Part shown: positions 55,969-64,000 of the stretch, one piece after another
Numbering within the stretch: position 1 is the stretch's first letter
Layout: the number at the start of each line of letters is the position of its first letter
Source: an uncultured Acidimicrobiaceae bacterium
GTDB taxonomy: Bacteria > Actinomycetota > Acidimicrobiia > Spongiisociales > ZC4RG35
Reading direction: 5' to 3'
Assembly (NCBI GenBank): GCA_964558575.1
Contig: CAZLEQ010000011.1
Span: 1,910-65,909, forward strand
Length of the DNA: 64,000 nucleotides
Notes under the pieces: model-generated
Seen by the model: the letters and a program-made list of their open reading frames with translations, nothing else
Told to the model about the DNA's origin: nothing
The model's database searches: none
Position numbers and translations under genes: made by a program

Positions 55969-56937
55969 TCAGTCCTGGTCGCTACCAGCCCAACTCAACA
56001 CTCGAAGCGCCCGGAGGGTGTTCCAGTGGCTCGGCTCGCCTTCGGCGCCGTCGATCTCGAAATGGACGTCGCCGCGATGGATGTTCTGCCTTGGCCAGCG
56101 GCCATCTTCACCCCGGTTGTGTTCGACGAGGCCGATCGCCTCATCGATTCTCTCGTCGGGGCCGACGCCTGTCTTCCGCAAGTAGTCGAGCCCACGTAGC
56201 ACGTCGTAGTGCCACCAGGGAGGGAACGAGAACCGGGTCCACAGCGGGTCGATCACCTCGCCGTCCGAGATGCGGCGGAGTAATCGTCGTTCCAACAAAT
56301 ACTCCTCACCACGGGATCGGGCATTGCCGACAGCGGAGGCCGGACCAGATCTGTCCTCAAACTCCAACAGTCCCTCGAGAACCGAGATCGTGGTGTGAAA
56401 CGACCCTCGTGTCGACCCGGACTCCTGCTCACAATTCCATCCTCCGTCGTCCATCTGCTCTTCGAGGAGACGATCGACGATGCCGGAGACGTCCTCGCCG
56501 AAGTATGAGCCGATGGCGACGGTCAGCCCGTTGATACAGGGCTCCACCTCTCCTTCGAAGAAGGGTTGACCGGCGTGTTCCCACCGACTGTTCTCTCTGA
56601 CCATGGTCACCGCGTGTCGCGCCTCGGGGCTGTCGGGTGGAAGACCGAATAGCCGCAGCAAGGAGAGCGACCAGGAGGTGGCAGTCCACGGCTGGGCCAC
56701 CATATGGCCGTCTGGCCCCCTCTCGATGCTTGTCCACGAGAACGAGGCCGGGAAGTGGGTGCCTTCGGCCCACTGGCCGTCCTCACCTTGCAGATCGAGC
56801 AGCCGGGCTCCCCAGCCCTCGGTGGCCACGCGGGCGCGTTCGGCGGTCACCGTTTCTTTCGGTTGCTGGGTGAGGTCTGCCATCACCTGCCAACGAATGG
56901 CCGGGTCCGATTCGAGCAACCATCCCTCGATGTTCAT
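55969..56937 (-). CDS. prenyltransferase / squalene-oxidase-repeat (alpha-alpha toroid) protein
   Basis: Repeated QxxDGGW-type units (LQGEDGQWAEG, EQMDDGGWNCE, NRGEDGRWP). ATG 56937 (MNIEGWLL...); ATG 56976 is possible. Confidence 0.6.
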   Translation of the reverse strand: MNIEGWLLESDPAIRWQVMADLTQQPKETVTAERARVATEGWGARLLDLQGEDGQWAEGTHFPASFSWTSIERGPDGHMVAQPWTATSWSLSLLRLFGLPPDSPEARHAVTMVRENSRWEHAGQPFFEGEVEPCINGLTVAIGSYFGEDVSGIVDRLLEEQMDDGGWNCEQESGSTRGSFHTTISVLEGLLEFEDRSGPASAVGNARSRGEEYLLERRLLRRISDGEVIDPLWTRFSFPPWWHYDVLRGLDYLRKTGVGPDERIDEAIGLVEHNRGEDGRWPRQNIHRGDVHFEIDGAEGEPSHWNTLRALRVLSWAGSDQD

Positions 56938-57041
56938 GGTCCGGCGCGTCTGGTCATCACCTGGCCATTCTGACATCAGTCCCGGACATCCGGTGACCGG
57001 GAATCGAAGGAAGTGTCGAAGGTGCGCTAGGGCAGCAGCCC

Positions 57042-57329
57042 TCAGTTGTCGCTGGACTGGATGAGCAGCAGGATTACCCCACCCAACACGGTGAGACCGA
57101 GTGCGAGCCAAATCAGGTTGCGTCGACGACGGGCTCCGGTCACATCGTCTGCCCAGTGCTTGGTCTTGTCCGCCATCCTCCGGGCACCCTCGGCTATCGC
57201 CTCGGAACCCTCAGCAAGCTTCTCGGAGCCGATTGCAGCTCCTTTCACCACTGGTGCGACCACGTCGTCCTTGACCTTCTCTCCGATATCCTTGGCGTAA
57301 CTGGACTTTGAGTTGGGCATTGAATCCAT
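57042..57329 (-). CDS. small tail-anchored membrane protein, unknown function
   Basis: Ala/Lys/Glu-rich helical N-part and a C-terminal TM segment LIWLALGLTVLGGVILLLI. Confidence 0.45.
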   Translation of the reverse strand: MDSMPNSKSSYAKDIGEKVKDDVVAPVVKGAAIGSEKLAEGSEAIAEGARRMADKTKHWADDVTGARRRRNLIWLALGLTVLGGVILLLIQSSDN

Positions 57330-57397
57330 CCTGTAAACGAGTTGACTCTTGGTACCCGTCCCATCTCGTTTCCAAACCCACGGTGGCTGCGCGGTAG

Positions 57398-57805
57398 TCA
57401 GGGCTCGACCTGAACCGCACCAACGGAACGAAATAGTGCCTCGGATGGAATATTCCCCTCGGTTATGTAGAGGACGACCGTCTCGTGACCATCGCCGGCA
57501 AGACGTTCGAGGGCGGTACTGGTGACGAGTCGGGCCAGCCCTTGGTTCTTGTGCGAAGGGAGGGTCATCACATAGCCGATGAATGGTCTCCCTTCAGCGC
57601 GCGAGACGAGCACTGCCGAGACGATCGTCCCGTCATCTTCCACAAGATAAGACCGATGGAGAAGCGCCGTGTTGTTTTCGAGGAACGACCTGACCTCATC
57701 GATCGCATCTTCGAGGGTCTCGTCGTCGTAGTCGATTGTGTCCCGGTATGCGTCGAGCATGAGCCTGGCGAGACCCTGGAGGTCATCTCGGGAAACCGAC
57801 CGCAA
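57398..57805 (-). CDS. GNAT family N-acetyltransferase
   Basis: Motif A: YVMTLPSHKNQGLARLVTSTALERL. Confidence 0.75.
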   Translation of the reverse strand: MRSVSRDDLQGLARLMLDAYRDTIDYDDETLEDAIDEVRSFLENNTALLHRSYLVEDDGTIVSAVLVSRAEGRPFIGYVMTLPSHKNQGLARLVTSTALERLAGDGHETVVLYITEGNIPSEALFRSVGAVQVEP

Positions 57806-57958
57806 CTGTGAGTCCCGGGAAGCTGTCCCAGGATCTACATGAGACAGGTCGATCTCATAGCGAAGTTTCCGTGGGCTCTGAGATATCGTCGTATCGGCTT
57901 CCTGACTGTCGTTCTGACCGGGTCAGAGAGTAATCGTCGGAAAGGATGGGGTGGCTCG

Positions 57959-58249
57959 ATGAGCCAGAAAACTGATCTGCCCGATATTCAGTCTTCCAAG
58001 GTCACGGAGCGAATCTACGCCACCGCCTTCAAGTTGCTCGAGCAGCATCCAGAGGGTCTGCGCTGGACGGACCTGCGAACCAAGATCGAGGAGACAGATC
58101 CCGACTTCCACCCGAAAACGGTCAACGGATGTGTCTGGAAACTCGTCGAGAGATATCCCGACAGGGTCTACAAACCATCCAAGGGGCTCTTCCGTTTGCT
58201 GGAACATGAGTCCGACACCAGCACTCAGATGTCTGCCCCCGACCATTGA
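57959..58249 (+). CDS. hypothetical small protein, winged-helix-like
   Basis: AAAGGATGGGG before ATG 57959. RIYATAFKLLEQHPEGLRWTDLRTKIEE...VNGCVWKL resembles Mrr_N-like winged helices. Lies in the lower-GC patch. Weak call. Confidence 0.4.
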   Translation: MSQKTDLPDIQSSKVTERIYATAFKLLEQHPEGLRWTDLRTKIEETDPDFHPKTVNGCVWKLVERYPDRVYKPSKGLFRLLEHESDTSTQMSAPDH

Positions 58250-58308
58250 CACGATCCCAGACTTGCCGAACTGCGTGGGATCGAGTGGGCTAGCTTTGTG
58301 ACCTGCCC

Positions 58309-58575
58309 ATGCATGACATCGAGATCACCTATTGCGTTCCGTGAAACTATCTAGACCGCGCCGTGAGCGCGGCCGATGACATCCTCTCCCGATATCAGCA
58401 CATCGTGCGATCTCTCTCGCTCAGCACAGGCTCCAAGGGCGTGTTCGATGTCAGGGTGGATGGGAACCTGATCTACTCCAAAGCCGAGACTGGAAGACAT
58501 GCCGAACCTGGCGAGGTGCTCGACCACTTCGTGGAGAAGTACGGTCAAGGAGTGACGCTCTACGGCCAGGAATAG
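58309..58575 (+). CDS. SelW/Rdx-family protein, candidate selenoprotein (in-frame TGA 58342-58344 read as Sec)
   Basis: ATG 58309 is in frame with track ORF 58363..58575. The read-through product is MHDIEITYCVPUNYLDRAVSAADDIL...GVFDVRVDGNLIYSKAETGRHAEPGEV, with the Rdx CxxU redox motif at the canonical N-terminal position. A hairpin follows the TGA. Confidence 0.6.
58354..58374 (+). promoter_or_regulatory. candidate bacterial SECIS hairpin
   Basis: Stem CCGCGC (58356-61) / GCGCGG (58367-72) with loop CGUGA. The stem starts 11 nt after the UGA and the apical loop lies 18-22 nt after it. Confidence 0.45.
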
Positions 58576-58691
58576 TCCTGCTGGGAGCTCCCTGAGGTCG
58601 CGGCATTCATGCCGGGTCGTCGTCCGGGCACCGAGACAGGCAGGGTCGAGCTGGTGATGGTGAGCGGGTGTCCGTTCGCGTATAGCGTGAT

Positions 58692-59237
58692 GTGATGCCT
58701 CGCTTTGTAGTGACGGGCGCCCCGGGAACCGGCAAGACGAGCGTCATCGAGCGGTTGGGGGATCGCTTCCCTACGGTCGGTGAGCCGGCCCGGAAGTTGA
58801 TAGCTGAGCACCGATCAGAGACAGGGGAGACCACACTTGATGATCGTCCGGAGCTGTTCGTGGAGAGACTGGCAGCACGGTCAATCGATGACTTCGAGGC
58901 TGTCTCTGGAACCGATGCTGTCTTCTTCGATAGAGGTCTGCCCGACTGCGTCGCTTATGCAGCAGCCTATGGGGTCGATCCGCGACCGATCCTCGAAAAG
59001 GCGGCCGCTTTCCGCTACCAGCCTCCGATCTTCATCGCACCACCTTGGAAGGAGATCTACACGACCGACAGCCTCAGACGTGCCTCCTTTGCGCAGATCC
59101 AGGAGTTCGATGTCCACCTGCGTTGGGCGTACACGCAACTCGGTTACGAGATGATGGAACTCCCGAAAGGGCCACCTCGAGAGAGAGCAGCATTCATCGT
59201 CGAGCAAACGGGGCTGGCCAGCAGTCACTTCGCATGA
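58692..59237 (+). CDS. AAA_28-type P-loop ATPase (NadR-kinase-like)
   Basis: Walker A in RFVVTGAPGTGKTS, Walker B-like VFFDRG; 181 aa. Confidence 0.7.
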   Translation: MMPRFVVTGAPGTGKTSVIERLGDRFPTVGEPARKLIAEHRSETGETTLDDRPELFVERLAARSIDDFEAVSGTDAVFFDRGLPDCVAYAAAYGVDPRPILEKAAAFRYQPPIFIAPPWKEIYTTDSLRRASFAQIQEFDVHLRWAYTQLGYEMMELPKGPPRERAAFIVEQTGLASSHFA

Positions 59238-59319
59238 GAACCGAGGGGCCGTGGTACCGCCCCCGGCAGGACCCGAACCCGTACACTCGCTCTCATCGTG
59301 TATTCGCGAGACTTGACTC

Positions 59320-60136
59320 ATGGAAACCGCTGATCGGCCGATGGTCGCGTTCGTCACCGGGGCAAGCCGCGGTATTGACCGCCTGCTCGCTTTGTCTCTT
59401 GCCGATGCTGGTGCAACCGTCGCTGGTTTTGCCAGGTCGAGCGCAGCGTTGGACCGGCTCGCAGAGGAGGCTGGCACTGGATCGAGGCTCCATGCGAGAT
59501 CTGTGGATGTGACGAGTCCCGTCGATGTGCGGTCTGCCTTTGAGCGGGCGACGATCGAGGTTGGTCCTCCCGACTTGTTGATCACGTGTGCCGGCGGCGC
59601 CTCCGCGCTCGGTCCTATCTCGACCATTGATCCGGACGACTGGTGGCGCGATGTGACGACAGACCTGCGTGGCACCATGCTGTGTGTCCAGGCCGTCTTG
59701 GATCCGATGCTGGGGGCGGGTTCGGGCCACATCATCACGGTCTACGGCAACCTCGGGGACCACGGAGGAGAGCACGTTTCGGCATTCGCTGCTGGAAAGG
59801 CGGGTCGCCAGGTTTACTGAGACTCTGGCCAACGAACTCGGTGACAGCGGTGTCGTCGCCCTCACCATCCATCCTGGTTTTGTCCGTACTCCCATGACCG
59901 AGCGGCTGGCATGGAGTGTAGAGGGACGGCTTTGGCTCCCGGACTTCGAGTCCCATGCCGAGCAGCATTGGGGAGATGGGGCTTCAGCCATCGCCTTGGT
60001 GAAACGGATAGTCGCCGGTGAAGCCGATGAACTCGCCGGGCGGGTTGTGCATGCCGGTGACGACTTCGAACAGCTGAGCCAGCGCGTCCGCACCGACGAG
60101 GACTTGCGGCGTCTTCGGCTTCGTTTCGACGGCTGA
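59320..60136 (+). pseudogene. SDR family oxidoreductase disrupted by a frameshift
   Basis: ORF 59320..59820 (VAFVTGASRGID...SAFAAGKAG) and ORF 59669..60136 (...VARFTETLANELGDSGVVALTIHPGFVRTPMT) join into one SDR if one G is removed from the G-run near 59799-59804. The catalytic YxxxK reads FAAGK. Confidence 0.6.
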
Positions 60137-60631
60137 CAATCCCGGCTGGCTGATCACCGACAGACCGGGCTCTTCCGGGCCCGGGTGTCGATGGAACTGG
60201 GCGGCCGAGCGCGCCCATAACGTGCGTACGAGCGGTTCGTCCGGTGAGCCCGAGGCGGAGAGGGATGGTTGTGGCCTCTTCTTGATCAGGTGACGTAGTT
60301 CGGCCTCGACCTGTTGCATCAGCGCCATAGCGGTGATCGATTTGCTCAACGAGGCGATGAACAGCGGGGTGGCGGCGGTCATCGCAATCCCAGGGCTGGC
60401 CTCACCCAGCTCCAAAGCGAGCACGATCTCGCCGTCGTGGACGATCGCCGTGGCCAGGCCGGGCACGCCGACCTCGGACAAGCGCATCTCGAGATACCTC
60501 TCGACCTCATCGACAGCCGAATCCGTGAAAGGAGGGAGGGAGTCCTGTTGGGCAGCGCCAGAAGCGGAGAATGCGATGAGGCCGGCCAGGTGAGGGAGAG
60601 ATCGAAGCCAGTGATGGGCAGGTGAGATCAC
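59984..60631 (-). pseudogene. truncated beta-lactamase / serine-hydrolase-family remnant
   Basis: Only the first 110 or so codons (about 60300-60631) look like the family (GLATAIVHDGEIV..., SxxK as FIASLSKSITAMAL). The rest is not protein-like and overlaps the SDR remnant. Confidence 0.5.
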
Positions 60632-60902
60632 TCACCCCCGGAACCGTCCTGCTCGCGGAGGACACTCACGGCAAGGGTCACATCACTCGGGTGACCGGAT
60701 CATCCGAGATGTCGGTGGTGATCCTGCTGCTACCTGATTGACGATCGAGGTGACCAGATTTGTCAGCCAATGCCGGGAAGCGCTTCCAGCCAATCGGCTC
60801 GTGGAACCCCATCTCAGGCTTTGAGTCCGGGAGTGAGCTGCAGCGGACAGCGAATTCGGACCCCCCGTAGCAAATGCCTCGGCCGAAAACGGGCCCACTC
60901 TG

Positions 60903-63530
60903 CTACGCCGGGGAGACTGGGACCTCGATGCCAACCGGGGAGTCGGTGACACGGGCCGCCGGCTTCTTCCAACCAATCTCGACCCCATCCGCTCTGGTAC
61001 CCCAGTCTTGTTTCCGCAGCGTCAACAAGGCCCATAGACGCAATGGGGTCAACAACAAGATGTGAATGATCCCGTACAAAGGTGAGAGCAGGAACGTCAA
61101 GAACGACACATCGACATGTCGTGCCGACCTGACGTACGACATCAACGTTATGAAGCCAAGGTAGTAATAGCCGACAAACTGGCCGGCCATGATCGGTCGG
61201 ACCACGATTGCCATCATGATCGCTGCCGAGAAGAACAGCCATAACCCGAGTTCCGAAACGGCCAGGGCGGTGACTCTGGCTCTCTTCTGATGGAATATCG
61301 CCCACACGGTCTCCCTGAAGAACGACCGGTTCCACCGAAGCTGCTGCCTGAGGAAGTGGCTGAGTCTGTCAGGTGCCAATGTCATCGCCTTGGCGGTCTC
61401 TTGGAAGACGACACGTCCATGCCTCAAGGCGTAATTGGTCAGTCTCCTGTCGTCCCCGTAAGAGACCTCGACCCCCAAGAACCGTTGTGACACGTAGTCA
61501 TCTAGGTAGCGTCGAACAATGCTGGCTCGATACAAGGTGATGATTCCAGTGGCGCAGAGCATCGAGTCCAGAACCGAGTACGCCGCTCGCTCGTAGGTGA
61601 ATGCGTTGGAGTACCTCAGATCGATCAAACGCGTCAGCAGGTTCTTCTTCGCGTTGAGGGCACGAACGTTCCCACAGACCGCACTCACTTCGGAGTCGAA
61701 GAAGGATCGCAAACCCTCATCGATGCATGCACGATCGAGGACCGTATCGGAATCCACAGTCACGAACACGTCTGCCTTGGATCGAGCGAACGCCCACGCC
61801 TGAGCGTGCCGTTTCCCCCGGTTCTCTCTAAACCTGTGCACCCGGCCGCCGTGGTTCTTCAGGTGCCGCGCGGCAATAGCGATACACGTAGCATCATCAC
61901 TCCCGTCGTCCACCACCCATATCTCCTGAGGGATCCTGGTCTGGTTCAGAAGGGATCGCAGGCACTCCCTGAACACCAGAGGATCCTCGTTATAGACAGG
62001 AACGAATACGGCGACGCTCATATCGGGTGCCGGGTCGAACCAGGGCTCATAACGCGAAGCCAGAACCATCTTGAGCAACAAGTAGGAGATGGCAAGCATC
62101 CCGTAAACCCCGATGACGATGACACCCGCACCTGCTTTGGCGTTCCACCAGAACACCAAGGCAATCGCGATGAGGAAGAAGGGCCACGCCCTTGCCTGTC
62201 TTCTGTCCCTGCCAAGTTTGACAACCTCTCCCGCGGTCTCCACGGCCTGCCGCTTGGTCTCCTTCTGGGCCTCACGACTGTCTGTTCGGTACCCCGGGCC
62301 AAACGTGTCCGTCCAGATCACCGTGGAGAACAGCCAGAGCGCGCATCCCAGTAGGAGCATCGGCGACAGTCGGGAGATCAATAGATACGCTCTCTCGAAG
62401 TCACCCAGCCAGACGCCGACAAGAGCTCCGAGGGGCAGGCCCGCCCATCCGATGGCCCGGGCAGCCGATATCACTCTTCCCAACATCGCCTCCCCCGCAT
62501 AGACCTGACGGATGGTGACGAGAGGGACGTTCATCACCGAGATGCCCGCCATGAAGAGGGCGAGAAGCGCCATGGCCCGTGCGCCGTAGGTACTCACCGT
62601 CACGATCAGTAGGGAGACACCCGACATCGCCAGTCCCGCGATCATCGCTCGTCCGAGTCCGATTGCTCTGGACACAAGGGGGGCGACCAGAGCACCGATG
62701 ACTCCGCCCGCTCCCATGAAGAAGAGCAGTACGGCTATCTGGAATCCACTCTCGGCTTCGAGCACCACGATGGCCAGCACCACAAAGGTTGCTTCGATGA
62801 ACCCGATCACGAAGTTGGGGACGGCTGCGGTGACGGTGGAGATGCGCAGCCTGGGCTCGTTCCAGAGATGATGTATCCCGGTCTTGAACCCGGCGAGAAA
62901 CGACCCGCGCTCGGCGGCGGCGTCAGCGTGGCGGGCAACCCGGCCAACGTTCCTCAGAGACCACGCAGAGATCAGGAAGACGACGCCGTTGATGTAGAGG
63001 CCGACTGCGGGGCCGGCGAAGATGAGGGCTGTCACCCCTCCGACCAAGGGACCGAGGGCGGTGGTGACCTGGACGGAGACGGCAACGAAAGAGTTCGCGT
63101 CGGACAACCGGTCTTTGGGAACCAGCGAGGGGATCATTGTGTAGACGGCGGAGTCGAACAGCGTCGTAAAGGAGCCGATCACGAACGCCATGGCGAATAC
63201 GGTGCCGATCCCGTAGGAACCGACTTCGGCGGCCAGGTAGAACAAGGCGCACGCCCGGAGCAGGTTGGTGACGATCATCACCAGGCGGAGATTGATTCTG
63301 TCGAGCAGGATTCCCCCGAGCAGCCCGATGATCAGTGCGGGTGCCGTCTGCAGGGCGTAGCTGATGGCGAAGTCGAGGGTTCTCTCCGATCCGGCTGCGG
63401 CCTGGATGTGCATGACCAGGAGCGGGACTGTTATCACGGCGAAGTACGCGCCTATGAGGCTGGTCGTCTGAGCGATCCATAGCGCCATGTAGCGCGAGCC
63501 AAGGGACCGCATCGAGGCCAGAACGTGCAC
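60903..63530 (-). CDS. fusion protein: N-terminal MFS transporter (EntS/MFS_3-like) + C-terminal HasA/NodC-type processive GT2 glycan synthase
   Basis: One uninterrupted frame. GAAGGAG lies 8 nt before GTG 63530. The MFS half has about 12 TM segments. The GT2 half has VPVYNEDP, VVDDGSDD, GKRHAQAWAFARSKADVFVTVDSDT, NLLTRLIDLRYSNAF, GDDRRLTNYA, QQLRWNRSFFRE and FLLSPLYG...RKQDWGTR. GC is visibly lower than the window average. Confidence 0.8.
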   Translation of the reverse strand: MHVLASMRSLGSRYMALWIAQTTSLIGAYFAVITVPLLVMHIQAAAGSERTLDFAISYALQTAPALIIGLLGGILLDRINLRLVMIVTNLLRACALFYLAAEVGSYGIGTVFAMAFVIGSFTTLFDSAVYTMIPSLVPKDRLSDANSFVAVSVQVTTALGPLVGGVTALIFAGPAVGLYINGVVFLISAWSLRNVGRVARHADAAAERGSFLAGFKTGIHHLWNEPRLRISTVTAAVPNFVIGFIEATFVVLAIVVLEAESGFQIAVLLFFMGAGGVIGALVAPLVSRAIGLGRAMIAGLAMSGVSLLIVTVSTYGARAMALLALFMAGISVMNVPLVTIRQVYAGEAMLGRVISAARAIGWAGLPLGALVGVWLGDFERAYLLISRLSPMLLLGCALWLFSTVIWTDTFGPGYRTDSREAQKETKRQAVETAGEVVKLGRDRRQARAWPFFLIAIALVFWWNAKAGAGVIVIGVYGMLAISYLLLKMVLASRYEPWFDPAPDMSVAVFVPVYNEDPLVFRECLRSLLNQTRIPQEIWVVDDGSDDATCIAIAARHLKNHGGRVHRFRENRGKRHAQAWAFARSKADVFVTVDSDTVLDRACIDEGLRSFFDSEVSAVCGNVRALNAKKNLLTRLIDLRYSNAFTYERAAYSVLDSMLCATGIITLYRASIVRRYLDDYVSQRFLGVEVSYGDDRRLTNYALRHGRVVFQETAKAMTLAPDRLSHFLRQQLRWNRSFFRETVWAIFHQKRARVTALAVSELGLWLFFSAAIMMAIVVRPIMAGQFVGYYYLGFITLMSYVRSARHVDVSFLTFLLSPLYGIIHILLLTPLRLWALLTLRKQDWGTRADGVEIGWKKPAARVTDSPVGIEVPVSPA

Positions 63531-63812
63531 GGAGTTGTCTCCTTCTGTCCTACAAGTTCTTAGATTTCGGTCGCCTAGGCCGGATCTGGAGAGATTCCGC
63601 AAATCATTTCCGGATTTCGTAACCGAAGATTCTCAGGGCTTACGCCGTCCTGTCCGATGCTCGGCATGTAGCGAGGAGCACAACTCGAACGACTGTTTAT
63701 TGGGGGTCGAGCGGGTGACCTGTGTGGATCTCGGTTGCACGGAACAGACCAGGCCTATTTCGGTGGTTCCGACTGGTTTCGCTTATGCCGAGCGACGGTT
63801 CTGTTCGAATAG

Positions 63813-64000
63813 TCGAGTTCGCAGCGAACCGCGCAGGCGTTGAGGGCTGGTCTTGTTGACGAGCTTCAAATGTTCGTCTGCCCTGCGATTGTCGGCGCCG
63901 GGAAACGGTTCTTCCCGGATAGTGTGCGGTTGAAGCTGGAATTGGTTGACGAGCACCGGTTCAGCAACGGCGTGATCGTTCTGCGGTACGCCGTCCGTGA
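63813..64000 (+). pseudogene. C-terminal remnant of a RibD_C / dihydrofolate-reductase-family protein (runs to the window edge)
   Basis: The frame opens after TAG 63810-63812 and reads ...ALRAGLVDELQMFVCPAIVGAGKRFFPDSVRLKLELVDEHRFSNGVIVLRYAVR. That is only the last 55 or so residues of a family of about 180 aa. Confidence 0.5.

Noticed and set aside
63817-63829. GTTCG-CAG-CGAAC palindrome resembling the ACGAAC half-sites
   Set aside because: The half-site orientation is inverted relative to the other two boxes, and it lies inside the DHFR-family remnant, so it is probably fortuitous.
63535-63843. 102-aa plus-strand ORF upstream of the MFS-synthase gene
   Set aside because: It has no motifs, poor codon bias, and lies in the AT-richer promoter region of the divergent fusion gene.
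57806-64000. Calling the lower-GC patch a mobile element or prophage
   Set aside because: No integrase, transposase, phage structural gene, terminal inverted repeat or att-like direct repeat is visible in the window. It is reported only as an accessory/decayed region.

Overview
GC-rich (judged by eye, not computed) actinobacterial-type chromosomal segment with about 75 supportable genes on both strands. The lineage call rests on WhiB, DUF3107, DUF4032, Ku plus a ligase-only LigD-type ligase, and the conserved block rsmI / tatD-rsmA-ispE / tRNA-Gln / glmU-prs (19.7-25.8 kb). Layout: (1) 0.3-6.5 kb holds TetR and MarR regulators, gene remnants (amber-interrupted methyltransferase, 5'-truncated merR) and a CaCA antiporter. 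(2) 6.6-14.3 kb is a translationally coupled operon for a Tat-exported type II DMSO-reductase-family molybdoenzyme. Its order is alpha 1154 aa, an unassigned 83-aa ORF, a 4-cluster FeS beta, a TorD/NarJ-type chaperone, an EB_dh-type heme-b gamma and a polytopic membrane protein. (3) 14.3-19.8 kb holds a sigma-70 factor, USP, an ECF sigma/anti-sigma pair, an MFS transporter and an HExxH lipoprotein. (4) 19.8-25.8 kb is the housekeeping block. (5) 25.9-31.6 kb holds DUF2652-SRPBCC, a PQQ sugar dehydrogenase, LysM, DUF3107, whiB with a perfect CRP box, GDPD, YqeY and a DNA ligase. (6) 31.7-39.8 kb holds a GH13 alpha-glucosidase and a sugar ABC transporter. (7) 39.8-43.3 kb holds DUF4032-ROK, Ku and a PPOX-like protein. 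(8) 43.3-56 kb is an aromatic-catabolism block: SDR, orphan CoxL-like Mo subunit, GntR, and a protocatechuate-4,5/gallate meta-cleavage set (ligAB, galD/ligU, ligI, galB, ligK) with no recognisable ligC. (9) 57.8-64 kb is a visibly lower-GC, partly decayed patch. It contains a SelW/Rdx-like selenoprotein candidate (in-frame TGA plus hairpin), a frameshifted SDR, a truncated beta-lactamase-like gene and an MFS transporter fused to a HasA/NodC-type processive glycan synthase. I saw no rRNA, CRISPR array, transposase or integrase. All family calls come from motif recognition by eye and no searches were run.
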